A stretch of DNA of 64,000 nt from Vitrella brassicaformis CCMP3155 (lineage: Eukaryota; Protista; Chromerida), in assembly GCA_001179505.1 (NCBI GenBank), contig CDMY01000226.1, positions 1 to 64,000 of the forward strand, written 5' to 3'. Shown in pieces: positions 34,250 through 44,937 of the stretch. The notes under the pieces are model-generated. The model did not search any database. It was not told the DNA's origin and saw only the letters and a program-made list of their open reading frames with translations. Within the stretch, counting starts at the first letter, position 1. Each line of letters opens with the position of its first letter. A program made the position numbers and the translations under genes.

Positions 34250-37200
34250 TCACTTGTTGGCCTGATATGGTTCAGTCAGTATCAGCCGTCCACCCTCTCC
34301 GCTCGCTCCTCGGCTGCTCGTCTCCCCCCTCCCCACCTCCCGCCTCGCGCATGGACGGGAACGCCCTGCTCTCCTCAGCACGAGAAATCCTCATGTCCAG
34401 CCGAACGCCCTCCTGCAAGCATCACACACGGGCAGCAGTCAACCACACCCACACCAGTGAGTGACAGACACATACACACGGACACAGATGAGCACCGGAC
34501 AGCGCACCTCACCTGTATCTGTGGCAGCGGGCTGCCCGTCGGCAAAGACATGTCGGGCTCCCTGTCCCTGTCCCTCTCAGCCCCAGTGTCGCCGCCAGGT
34601 ACGCCTTCCTGCTGCTGCTGTGGCGGCCTGTAGTAGTGGTTCTGGTCTGGATTTCCCTGTGTCACCGACAAGGTGCGATAAAGACCAGCGGGCGACAGAA
34701 ACGGCTGACTGGCCATGGTGTCCTCCGGCGACGGTCCTTCCCTGAACCCCAGCTGCCCCAGCCCCCTCCCTGGCGACAGGGGTGGCTCAGGCAGCGGCAG
34801 CCCCTCGTTGTCCGTCAGGGACTCCTCGTCGCCCTCAATGGTGGTCGCCCGAACATGCTGCGCCGCATACGAGGCGGCAGATGTGACCGACCCGATCGCC
34901 TGAAGCACCTCGGGCGTAACAATGGGGCCCAGGCCGGCGTGAGCCACCTCGTCAGTGAGGGAAGACACCGAGACCTCCGAAAGATACGAGGCGCTGGACA
35001 TGTGTGAGTTGGCGGCAGCGGACCGCTCGGATCCCTCGCTCAGGACGCGGTAGAGGCGCGAGGGTGGGACGTAGTTATCGACGTTGACGAGATCACTGAG
35101 GACCAATGGCGCCTGGGGGGAGCGGGATGGCCCGCTGCTCTCCAGAAGGGGAGCCTCCAAGACGTGAACTGACGGCGGGGTGCTGCGTGCGGCGATCAGC
35201 TTGGCAAAGGGCCGGCGGACCACAAGCATGATTGCCATGAAGGAGAGGTAGATGAAGGACTGGAGGGTGCAGGCGCTTGAGAAGCCGAAGTTGGCGTCGA
35301 ACACGCCGCCAATGACGGGACCTAGACCCTCTCCCAGCGACATGGCCGACACGCACAGGGCCACCAAAAGCTCCTTTGCTTCTCCACCCAGGTGCTTGGC
35401 GTCTTCCTGCAGCCAGCCATCCATTTATTCACACATGCAGACTGGCATCAACACAGGCGGATGGTCCTCCCTCCCTCCCTCCTCCCTGTGCCCCTCCCTC
35501 CTTACTAACCGCCATCCATGGTATCGCCGGCACGAATGAGAGTGCCTCGCCCCAGGGGATGAGTGTCAGCGACGCCACCAGACACACCCATGCACCGACT
35601 GATTGATCAGCACACACACACACACACACACACGACAGATGCACTCGCTGTGCACGCAGGCAGCACTCATGTATGTCTGCAGCGCATGTACTCGAATGGT
35701 CGCCGATGCCCATTTTGAGGAGGAGCCAGCAGGGGCCGAGGAGGAGGTAGCCCACGACCAGGGAGAGGAAGCCCAGAGATTCCACAACGCCGTAAGCGGG
35801 CCAACTGTTGGTCCACTTGCCAACCAAAACGGCGGCGAACGTGTAGTTGCACGGATTTATCGCAGTGATGGCGCCGATGGCCGCATCGGGCAGAGGGCCT
35901 GAAGGATGCCACAAACAAGATGCGCACACACCAACGACACACATGAGCAAAGCAAAGAGGGGCACCGCACGTGAGCGGGCACTGTTGCCTGTCGCCTCAC
36001 CGAAGAAGACATTGAGCCTTGGGGCGAGGATTGGGTCTGACACAGCACAGCAGAGCACAGCACAGCACAGCACAGCAAGGGCACGGCACAGCACATGCAC
36101 ACTCCATACCATCCAAATCCCTAACCCACCCACCGTAGAAGCTATAGCAGGTGACCGTCAGCGCCACCCCGGCCAGCGTGAGCAGCGTCTGGGGACACTC
36201 TCGCAGCACACCGATGTACCCAATCTGTCGCAGCGGGTTCCTTTGCCCATGCCTCTCATCTCCACCAACACCAGCCCTCTCCCTCCCCGCTGCCGCCCTC
36301 CTGGGCTGTGGAGCGCCACCGTGGCGCTGCACCGGCGAATTCTCGCCTTCACTCGGCCCTCCCTCGCCCCTCCTAGCCCCACGACCGAAACGAGGAAACC
36401 GTTTCCGCGGTGTGTGGTCATCCTCTGCTGGTTTGGGCTCCAGTGATGCGATGTAGCCCGTCTTGGTCTCGTCAGCTCCCACGTCGTAGGGCGTGCCCTT
36501 CCACTCGTATGATGGTGTGACGTCGGGGGTGGGGTACTGCTCAACTGCTGCCGTGTCCTTATGCTTGGCGTCTGTCGTCTGGTCGGCGATTGGCTGGACG
36601 GACGCGGCAGAGCTGGAGGGGTGCAGGGGGGCGCGCTTGAGAAGGAGGGTAGCGTACGCCGCGCTCATGACCAACAAGGCAGCCTGCGCCAGGAATGGGC
36701 AGGGGAATCCACCGATCTGATAGAGGAACCCCCCAATACAGCGGCCGGTCAGGCAACCTGTGCCCAGGACCGTCTCTGAGCAGACAGAGAAAACAGACAG
36801 ACCACCAAAGGCACAAGACGATTGAACTCCACAACATATATCCACAACATACATCCACCCTTCCACATGCCATGCGCGTACCAACAATGCCGATGGTCCA
36901 GGCCAGATTGTGCGGGAAATGTCGCGCAAGCAGTGTGAATGTCGCCGACGTGAAGAGGCTGCACATCGCTCCCAGAACGGCTCGCAGCACCAGGATTGCA
37001 GCAAAGGTGCGAAAGAGCGCCAGAAGGACATCTGCGGTGGCCTGACAGACACATCGCCAGAAGAACGACAACAGAGTGTCGGTCGCAGGAGGAAGGTCGG
37101 ATGGCCATACATACCATGGCAAGCAGGCTGCCGCCGAGGCACAGCACCGCGCCGAATCTCAGGACGACGATGCCCGCAGCGGGGGCAGCCACGAAGCCAC

Positions 37201-37743
37201 ACAAGGGAAAGATCCCGAACAAGATGCCTGCAGGGAAACAGACAGGGCGATGCGACCAAGATGCATCACATCCATCAACGGAGGCTCTCGCTGCGCCCGC
37301 CGGTTTTGTCCGTCTGGTATGCTAACCCATTCCGGCCCCACTGATGCCCCTGCCGGCAAGGTAGTTGGCCAAGAAAGGAGCGGGCAGAGTCTTCTGCGAG
37401 TACACCCAGAAGATCTGAACATAGACATTCATCCATCCATCATGCCATTAGAAAGAACAACGCTACCACCCCATGACGGGCTTCTTCTGCCCTGACTGAC
37501 TGTCCCCAGAGGCAGGCTTACGGCGAAGTTGAGAGCTAAGAGGAGGGCGATGCTGCCTTCCTGTGTCTTTGCTGCTGGGGCGGCGGCCTTGCTGTCTTTG
37601 CTGGCGGCCCTCGTGAGGTCCAGAGTGCACTCATTGACCTCCAACACACTGATGTCCCGTGAGTGGTAGCCCAGCAGAGGAGCTTCAAATTCTTCATTCT
37701 TCTCCATTCTTCGCTTATCCCCAGCTGCCAGATCCCCCTCCAT
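34250..37743 (-). CDS. MFS transporter, SLC18B1/vesicular amine transporter-like
   Basis: Many TM exons: FGIFPLCGFVAAPAAGIVVLRFG, ETVLGTGCLTGRCIGGFLYQIGGFPCPFL, DPILAPRL, SAMSLGEGLGPVIGG. Long Ser-rich C-terminal tail. Termini approximate. Confidence 0.8.
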
Positions 37744-37929
37744 CACATCTCTGGGAGTCAGGCGATGGGCGAGGGGCGCATGGTGGCAGAATTTGTCCTG
37801 CCCTAGCGCGAAACGCTTCTTTGACGTAGCTCGCATCCCACACCAACGAATTTGCCACGCCTTGTCTTGCTGCTGCTCCCGCCCTTGTCTGCACTGCTGA
37901 GAGTGACGGGCTGCACTGCTGGTCTGGCA

Positions 37930-38514
37930 ATGAAGCTCACCATCGCTGGCTTGCTCGGCTTCCTCAGCTGCTCTGTAACGGTAAAGACCTACCAAGGGAC
38001 ACCACACCCTGCCAAAGAGGCCAGCCAGCGGTGCATCTCTCATCTCATACGTGTGCAACGCCTGTGTCTGTCTCTCGCGCCTCTTGTGCCTCCTGTGCAG
38101 GCCTTCGTCTCCCGCCCCCCCTCACCATCTTCGTGGAGGCCATCGGGCAGCCTTTCACCCCCCCGCCACCTCCACCGCCCCTCCAGGACACACCTGAGGA
38201 TGCAGGAGACCCAAGTGGAGGAGAGACCTGCGGCCGTCGAGGCGCCCAGCGAGCCGGAGGCGGCGGCAGAAGCGCCGAAGAAGGCGGTCAAGAAGGGCAA
38301 GCAGGCCACCTTTGGTCTGTTCTCGCCGGCGGTGCTGATTGGCAAGCTGGTGTTGGGCGACAAACAGCTCAACAAGGTGCGGGGGAAGATCATCGCCTTG
38401 CACAGCCAGGTGATAACGCAGTTTTGCGACTTCACGGGGGCGCAGCGGAGCATGCGGCAGCGGCTGATCAAGAAGGCCAAGACGACGGGAGATAGACTGG
38501 GCATGCTCATCTAA
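37930..38514 (+). CDS. PGR5: PGR5 (cyclic electron flow protein), nuclear-encoded with a bipartite plastid leader; intron 37981-38100
   Basis: GLFSPAVLIGKLVLGDKQLNKVRGKIIALHSQVITQFCDFTGAQRSMRQRLIKKAKTTGDRLGML matches the PGR5 core (RGKAIALHSQVITEFC..GLIRLAKKNGERLGFL). Leader MKLTIAGLLGFLSCSVT|AFVSRPP. Confidence 0.95.
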   Translation: MKLTIAGLLGFLSCSVTVKTYQGTPHPAKEASQRCISHLIRVQRLCLSLAPLVPPVQAFVSRPPSPSSWRPSGSLSPPRHLHRPSRTHLRMQETQVEERPAAVEAPSEPEAAAEAPKKAVKKGKQATFGLFSPAVLIGKLVLGDKQLNKVRGKIIALHSQVITQFCDFTGAQRSMRQRLIKKAKTTGDRLGMLI

Positions 38515-39917
38515 ATGGATCCGACTGGGAAGAAGAGAGGGAAGGGAGGGGTCTTTGTCGATGGGTCTGCCTGTCTGCCTGCCTGCCTGGTGCTGCGTGT
38601 CATGCCGGCTGCTGATCGTTGTGTCTGCAAGCTGGTTGCCTCTCTGTCTGTCAACGGTGCTATCTATGTGTGTGTACAATTATTATTCTTTCCTTTGTTT
38701 TGTTCTCTCGGGCGCTGCGATGGCCAGACGTCAGGAGGGAACACAGACAGACATACATGTGTGTGTTCTACGGCACGATGTGCGTGTGTCAGGCAGGGGT
38801 ACACCACAAACTCACACCCGCAACATACATATCTGCGTGTGGCTGGCTGTGCGCTTGGGATCCAATCACAGCCCTTTTTGGTGCCCGACAATGATTGATG
38901 TGTGTCGAGTGGCTGACTGATGGACGAGAGCAGTGCGGGCGGGGCGGGGCGGGGAGTGGCGGGGTGGTCAGACAGGCAGGCAGGCAAGCATGGATGTGAC
39001 TGTAGGGTCCTTCCTGCCTGCCTGCAGCCACGCAGAGAGATGCGAGAGGGGAGAGGAGCGAGTGGTGTGAGTTCGGTGGGTGGGCAACGAGCCCACAATT
39101 CATGAGTTGATGCACCCTTGCCTCTGTCTACCACTGGCCGGCCTGTTCCTGTCCGTTCCTGTCCTGTCCTGTCCTGTCCGTCTGTCTGTCTGTCTGCCTG
39201 CAATGCCTTTCTCCTTCCCTCGATGCGTCGGCCTGCTCGAATGCGCGCGTGTGTGTGGCTGGATGTGTGTACACCCCTGGCCTGATTTTGTTCTCTAAGA
39301 GAGGTGTCGGCCGGGTTGGCTTGGCGGCCGGTTCTTCAACTGGAGTTTCTTGCCATGCTGTCTAGCTATGGGAGGGCCGGGCAGAGAGGCTGGCTGACAC
39401 GCAGATGCAGGCAGGCAGACACACATAGACACACACGAGCAGACAGGCATCTTGAGTGTGTATGGGATGTGGCTGTAGGACACTCATGACTCGCTATTGC
39501 TTCTGTGACGATGAATTTTTCATCACACCCTTCGCCAACGATCCAATCTATCACGTATACATCGATGGGCACATGCCAAGGCCCTGGGCCAAGGCGGCGA
39601 CCAAGGGTACCTTCACCGAGCCGAATCGCCGTCCCAGGAACAGCGGCGTCATCACCGAAGGCAAGCCGGACAGAAGACAGGGACGAATGTTCATTTGATG
39701 CAGGTAGCGGCTGCCCATCAGGAGACGACGAAGAAGAGCAACAGCTTTTCCGACCGGATGTCGAGAAAGAAAGTCGAGAACGACTTCCGCGCCTGAGACG
39801 ACGTTTTTTTTTCTCTTTTCTCGGTGAAGATCCCAAACTGCTGACCTGAGGCGAAGAGTATGAGTATCTCGGCAGCTTGCTGGCCGCACATCTGTGCGCC
39901 ATTGCCATCGAAATCGA

Positions 39918-39965
39918 GGTATATCATCTTTTGCGCATCGTGATGGCCGCAAAAGATGATATACC
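39918..39965. repeat. Perfect 18-bp inverted repeat (hairpin)
   Basis: GGTATATCATCTTTTGCG + CATCGTGATGGC + CGCAAAAGATGATATACC. Confidence 0.95.
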
Positions 39966-39977
39966 GGGAAAGAGTAC

Positions 39978-40490
39978 ATGGACCAGATGCTGGCTGAGGC
40001 GGACCGCGCGCTGGCGGAGCGCTACCAAGGTAGCTGGCAGAGCGGAGTCGGTCCATTTGGACAAACGCATTTCTTTCGTTCTCTGGCTGGCCGTCCGTCC
40101 GTTGACAGGTCCCGGCTTCGAGGCCGAGGAGAGGGAGCTGGTGGCCCTGAGAGACCTGCACGCCGCCGCCCAGCAGAGCCTAAGCAAGGCTGTCCGCGGA
40201 GCGAACTTGTCGGCGCTAACCCAGCTCAGGCGAGAGGGCCACTATGAGCGTGCGCTGGCGATGACCCAGGGGGACCGCCAGGATTTGCCGGCTGAGATGA
40301 CGAAACGCATCCTGATGATGCAGACGAGACTGCGGGTACTGACACACATGGTGGCCGACATATTCATGTGTGTATGTCCTGTGTGTGCGTGTTTGTCCAT
40401 GGTGCAGGATTTGCTGCAAGACACGTGGATGCAGGAGGGCCGCTTGAGGGTGAACCGATCAATACAAACACACACACATACACACTCACA

Positions 40491-40527
<37 letters not shown>

Positions 40528-41517
40528 TTTCCCTTGTCTGCTATTGTCCTATGCCAGGACGAACACGACAAGAAGATAGCAGCCCTTCTTCGATCCGATT
40601 TACCCGTACCGTCGACGTCATACTGTGAGCCTGAAAGAGATGACGCTCTACGTATCATCTGAGAGTGTTTTGTTTCTGTTTCTCAGATGCTCATTCGTCG
40701 CAGCACACGGGCTCGACCCCATTCGACAGCCTCAGTGCCTACCACAACCCCACCTCCCCCTCCTACCCCGCCTCCCCCTCCCCGCCGCACCGCCCATATG
40801 GCCAGCAGGCGGGGCAGCGGTATGGGTATGGGTATGGGGGTGGTAGCGGGGGTGGATGGACCGCGCAAGACGTGAGCGAAGAGAACTGGCATCATCCCTC
40901 CATCACTGTCGTGTTTGTGTGTCGTGTGGGCGTCTGTCAGGTGTCTGTCAGGGGATCGACTGCGGGCATGGGCGGCAAGTTCCAGCATTCTACCACCAAC
41001 AGCGGCACCAGCAGTCTCAGTACGCACAAACACAGACACACACACAACTGCTAAGCCAGACGCACCGGTCAATATTACATATTGGTTGGTCGCCTGTTGT
41101 CGACTTCAGATTGGCCGTATGGAGATCACCTCAGGGGTCGCCACCACCCGCCTCCGAGAAGCGGCGGTCGCGGCCTACAGACGTATAGAAGGGCTGATGG
41201 TGGCTGGAAGGGGGATGGGAGTGAGCGGGGCCGGCCGAGACGACCAAATGAAGGGAGGATACTTTGTGTTGCCGCGATGGGGAGCTGCCTCTGCAGCCTG
41301 GTTCGGTTTGGATGTGCCTGTGCAGGTGTGTGGGTGACCACAAGTACTGTTACATCGTGATGGAGATGGCTCGCGGCACGACGGTTGCTGAGCTGCTGGC
41401 CCGCAAGAAGGCCGAGCGCTTGCGGGTCCCTGAGGAATTGCGCCGGCGCATTATGGCTTGCCTGCTGCGAGCGGTTGACTGTCTGCACAGCATTGAAGTA
41501 GGGGCATCCAGCATGGA
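39978..41517 (+). CDS. Hypothetical multi-exon protein ending in a truncated protein-kinase-like segment
   Basis: Phase-consistent exons run from MDQMLAEADRAL to KYCYIVMEMARGTTVAELL..RRRIMACLLRAVDCLHSIE (kinase subdomains V-VIa). No HRD or DFG follows. The 3' end is unresolved. Confidence 0.45.
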
Positions 41518-41593
41518 AGTAAGAGGCAGGATGATGTGTTTGTGTGCGCGTATGCGTGTGTGTGTGTGGAAATCAGCAGCACCAGCAGCAGCG

Positions 41594-43196
41594 ATGGCGT
41601 CAGCAGCAGCGAGCGAGAGCCTTCCATGGGGCCCGTGGACGACGGACGAGGAGATGTTCCAGATCTACGCCGATCAGAATCAGCGCTGGAGGGACCTGTG
41701 GCAAAGTGAGTGGACTGACAGAAGAAAGGAAGAAAGAATGAAAGGAGGGAGGGAGGGAGGGGGAATGCCCGGCCGTCAGATAGGTGCGTTGAATGTCATG
41801 CGGCTTTGTGGGCTGTGCGTGTGGCGCTGGCACAGAGTTGGCCCCCGGGCGGCCGTGGAGCGAGGCCATGGACCTCGTGTTTCTCTACGAGGACAAGGAG
41901 TACCTCCAGAGTGAGTCGGTAGTCAGCAACAGCTCACGTACTGGCCCCCGCCTTAATTCCCTTCCTGTGTGTCTGTCCCTCTCTCTGCAGAGAGGGTCAA
42001 GGAGTGGAGGGACCGGGCCCAAATCTACCAGACGAGCGTCGTCAAGCTGAAAGAGAGACAGGTGGGTGCCGTGCGATGCGATGCATGAGTCAGTCGATCG
42101 ATATATCGGTGCTGTGTGAACGCACGTGTGCACACGTCATGGTATGGTGCGTTCTTTCACACGACGTCGTGCAGGAAGTCCTCCTGCAGATGCTCGCCCA
42201 GAAGGAGGTAGGTCAGAATAATGAATGCCCCACGGTGGGGCGTGTGTGCAGGTGGTGTGGACACGTGCCTGTCTGTGTCCGCCTGTGTGTGTATCCGTCG
42301 AGCAGAAGGCCAGCAAGGCGTTGGAGGCTGACAAGAAAGCCATGGCGGCCGAGATTGAAGCACTGAAAGCCAAGGTACTCACGCACACACACACACAGAC
42401 AGACAGCAGCAGGCAAATAGCCCACGTGGTTCATTCTCTGCCGTCTCTGTGCTGTTGTTTGTGGTCTCATGAATGCGCCCACAGAACTTACAACTCAAGC
42501 AACAGGCGGCCATCAAAATCGACAGCCCGGCCCCAACACACACACACCACCACCACCACCAATGGTGTGCCTCCCGCACCACAGCCGCCCATCGCCCGGC
42601 CCATGGCGGCGGGACCACCAGCGGCACCAGGAGCCCCACCAGCGGCACCAGGAGCCCCACCAGCGGCACTCCCCTCTCCGGCCCCCCTCAGCCCGCAGCC
42701 ACACGTGCCACTGGCAGCCAGCAGCATCTACGGCGCCCCCCGCCCGGCCCACCAGCAGCTCCAGCCCCACCAACACCAGCCGCACCAGCACCAGCGCCAA
42801 CAGCAGCAGCATCAGCAGCAGCAAGGGCCAGGCCAGTTCCGCCCCGTCCGTGAGCCGGTGCGAGGGCCGGTGTTTGGTGGGGGTCGATGGGGTGCCGGAG
42901 GTGTGGGTGTGGGCCAGCAGCATCAGCGGCACGAGGGCGGTGCTCACGGCAACTTCAACGATCGCCACGGCGGCCGTGTCGAGTGCCCGGGCGCCGCTAT
43001 ACCTCCGGCCCACCTTCGACTCCCCTACATGGCACAGCCACATGCGGCCCTGCCGGGGCTGTATGTCCCCACTCTAGCGCCACCCGCCCGATACTTCCCC
43101 ATACCGTCACCGCCACCATTCGCCGCGCCGCCGCCCAGGAGGAGGAGGGACCAATCGCCGCAGCCTGGCTGCTGCGGCCTTTTCTCATTCAGATGA
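41594..43196 (+). CDS. Coiled-coil protein with a Pro/Gln-rich low-complexity C-terminus (may be continuous with the upstream gene)
   Basis: Exons MASAAASESLPWGPW..DLWQ|LAPGRPWSEAMDLVFLYEDKEYLQ|RVKEWRDRAQIYQ..|KASKALEADKKAMAAEIEALKAK. The last-exon frame is ambiguous (stop at 42853 or 43196). Confidence 0.5.
42615..42669 (+). repeat. 21-bp coding tandem repeat (~2.6 copies; GAPPAAP in the long frame)
   Basis: Unit CCACCAGCGGCACCAGGAGCC. Confidence 0.85.
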
Positions 43197-43478
43197 GGCC
43201 CCACGAGTGTACCCAAACCCTGCCCGATACTGCCCCATACCACCACCGCCACCACCATTCGCCGCGCCGCCGCCCAGGAGGAGGAGGGACCAATCGCCGC
43301 AGCCTGGCTGCTGCGGCCTTTTCTCATTCAGATGAGGCCCCACGAGTGTACCCAAACCCTGCCCGATACTGCCCCATACCACCACCGCCACCACCATTCG
43401 CCGCGCCGCCGCCCAGGAGGAGGAGGGACCAATCGCCGCAGCCTGGCTGCTGCAGACTTATCACATTCAGATGAGGCA
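43086..43478 (+). repeat. Tandem repeat, ~3 copies of a 136-139-bp unit spanning a stop codon
   Basis: Units start at 43086, 43222 and 43361 (GCCCGATACT...CATTCAGATGAGGC). Confidence 0.9.
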
Positions 43479-43928
43479 GGGAGGGGGGGGGGAGGCTGTG
43501 GTGGCACGCGTGTGCTCCTTTTTGTATTGCTGCCTACATTTTACATCTGTTGGCCTTGTGCATCCATCGATCGACGTTTGTTAGGATACGAAGAAAGCTA
43601 AAACCGCCCTGCATTGCGAAGTGTTGGTTCGTGTATGGGCTGGGCTTGCTGGCAGCCGGGCGGGGGGGATGTGTGTGGGTGAGATCATGTCATTTCAGGA
43701 ATGATGCATTCATAACATGCAAACAAACAAAAAAACATGCGTGGCCTGGGCGGACCAATCAATCAGTCAGTCACAAGCTTGATGATTGATGCCTTTGGAT
43801 GTCATTGCGTGTAGTGCACGGTTAAGGCGCCGAATCAAATGCATGTACACTACAGTAATACGGACACCGCACGTCAAACCATTCAGCCATCCATCCAGCC
43901 ACTCATGAACAGACACGCATGCCATGCA

Positions 43929-44228
43929 NNNNNNNNNNNNNNNNNNNNNNNNNNNNNNNNNNNNNNNNNNNNNNNNNNNNNNNNNNNNNNNNNNNNNNNN
44001 NNNNNNNNNNNNNNNNNNNNNNNNNNNNNNNNNNNNNNNNNNNNNNNNNNNNNNNNNNNNNNNNNNNNNNNNNNNNNNNNNNNNNNNNNNNNNNNNNNNN
44101 NNNNNNNNNNNNNNNNNNNNNNNNNNNNNNNNNNNNNNNNNNNNNNNNNNNNNNNNNNNNNNNNNNNNNNNNNNNNNNNNNNNNNNNNNNNNNNNNNNNN
44201 NNNNNNNNNNNNNNNNNNNNNNNNNNNN
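43929..44228. other. Assembly gap (300 N)
   Basis: N run. Confidence 1.
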
Positions 44229-44937
44229 CACACGGGTGGGTGGGTGGGTGGGTGGCCGGTGCTGTGGTGGGTGTCTCTGTGGTGGGTCATCTCACTGTCC
44301 CCCGAGCGACCGCTATCCCCCTGCCGGCCACCGCACCTCAACCACCACCGTCACCACCACCACTACAACCAGCTACCTCTCCCCACCACGTCCCCTCTCT
44401 CTCTCTCCTATGCATGTGTCTCTGCCCCTGTCTGTCTGTCTGTCTGTCTGCTCATGTCTGCCTCGCCGGTCTGCTGCATTATGGGTGGATGGGGCGGCGC
44501 AGCACCTACACAACCTACACAACCTACACAACACACAACAGACGGTCTGTATCGGAGAGAGAATCTGCATTGACGGTAACAGTCGTTTGTGTGCGGCCAT
44601 GGGCGTCGGCGGGCCTCGCCGGCCGTCACGGTGAATGCAATTTGCGACCTCTGCTGGGAACAGAGCAGAGGCCGGCCCAAAATGGCAGGTTTCCCTGGGT
44701 TTCACAAGGGCTAGAGCAGAAACGCGAAACCCTACACATCTCCCCCTTCCCTCCCGCGCGTCAAAAATGAAAGATCCCCGATGGATTGACGGGGCGTCGT
44801 CCTGTCCCTTGTGACAGCCATCCTCATTACCCCACTCGCCCTCCGCACTTTCCTTTCATCTGACTGCCCTGAGATCTCAAGCGTCATCTCACTTGACGTG
44901 ACCCAATTGAGAAGACAAGGCGCCAGGGTGTTTGTTG

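Noticed and set aside
39487-39849. Possible extra 5' exons or small gene (MTRYCFCDDEFF..)
   Set aside because: I could not splice it in frame to the gene at 39978, and no domain was recognised.
43086-43478. CRISPR-like regular repeats
   Set aside because: The units are 136-139 bp, contiguous and without unique spacers. This is a tandem duplication in a eukaryotic gene.
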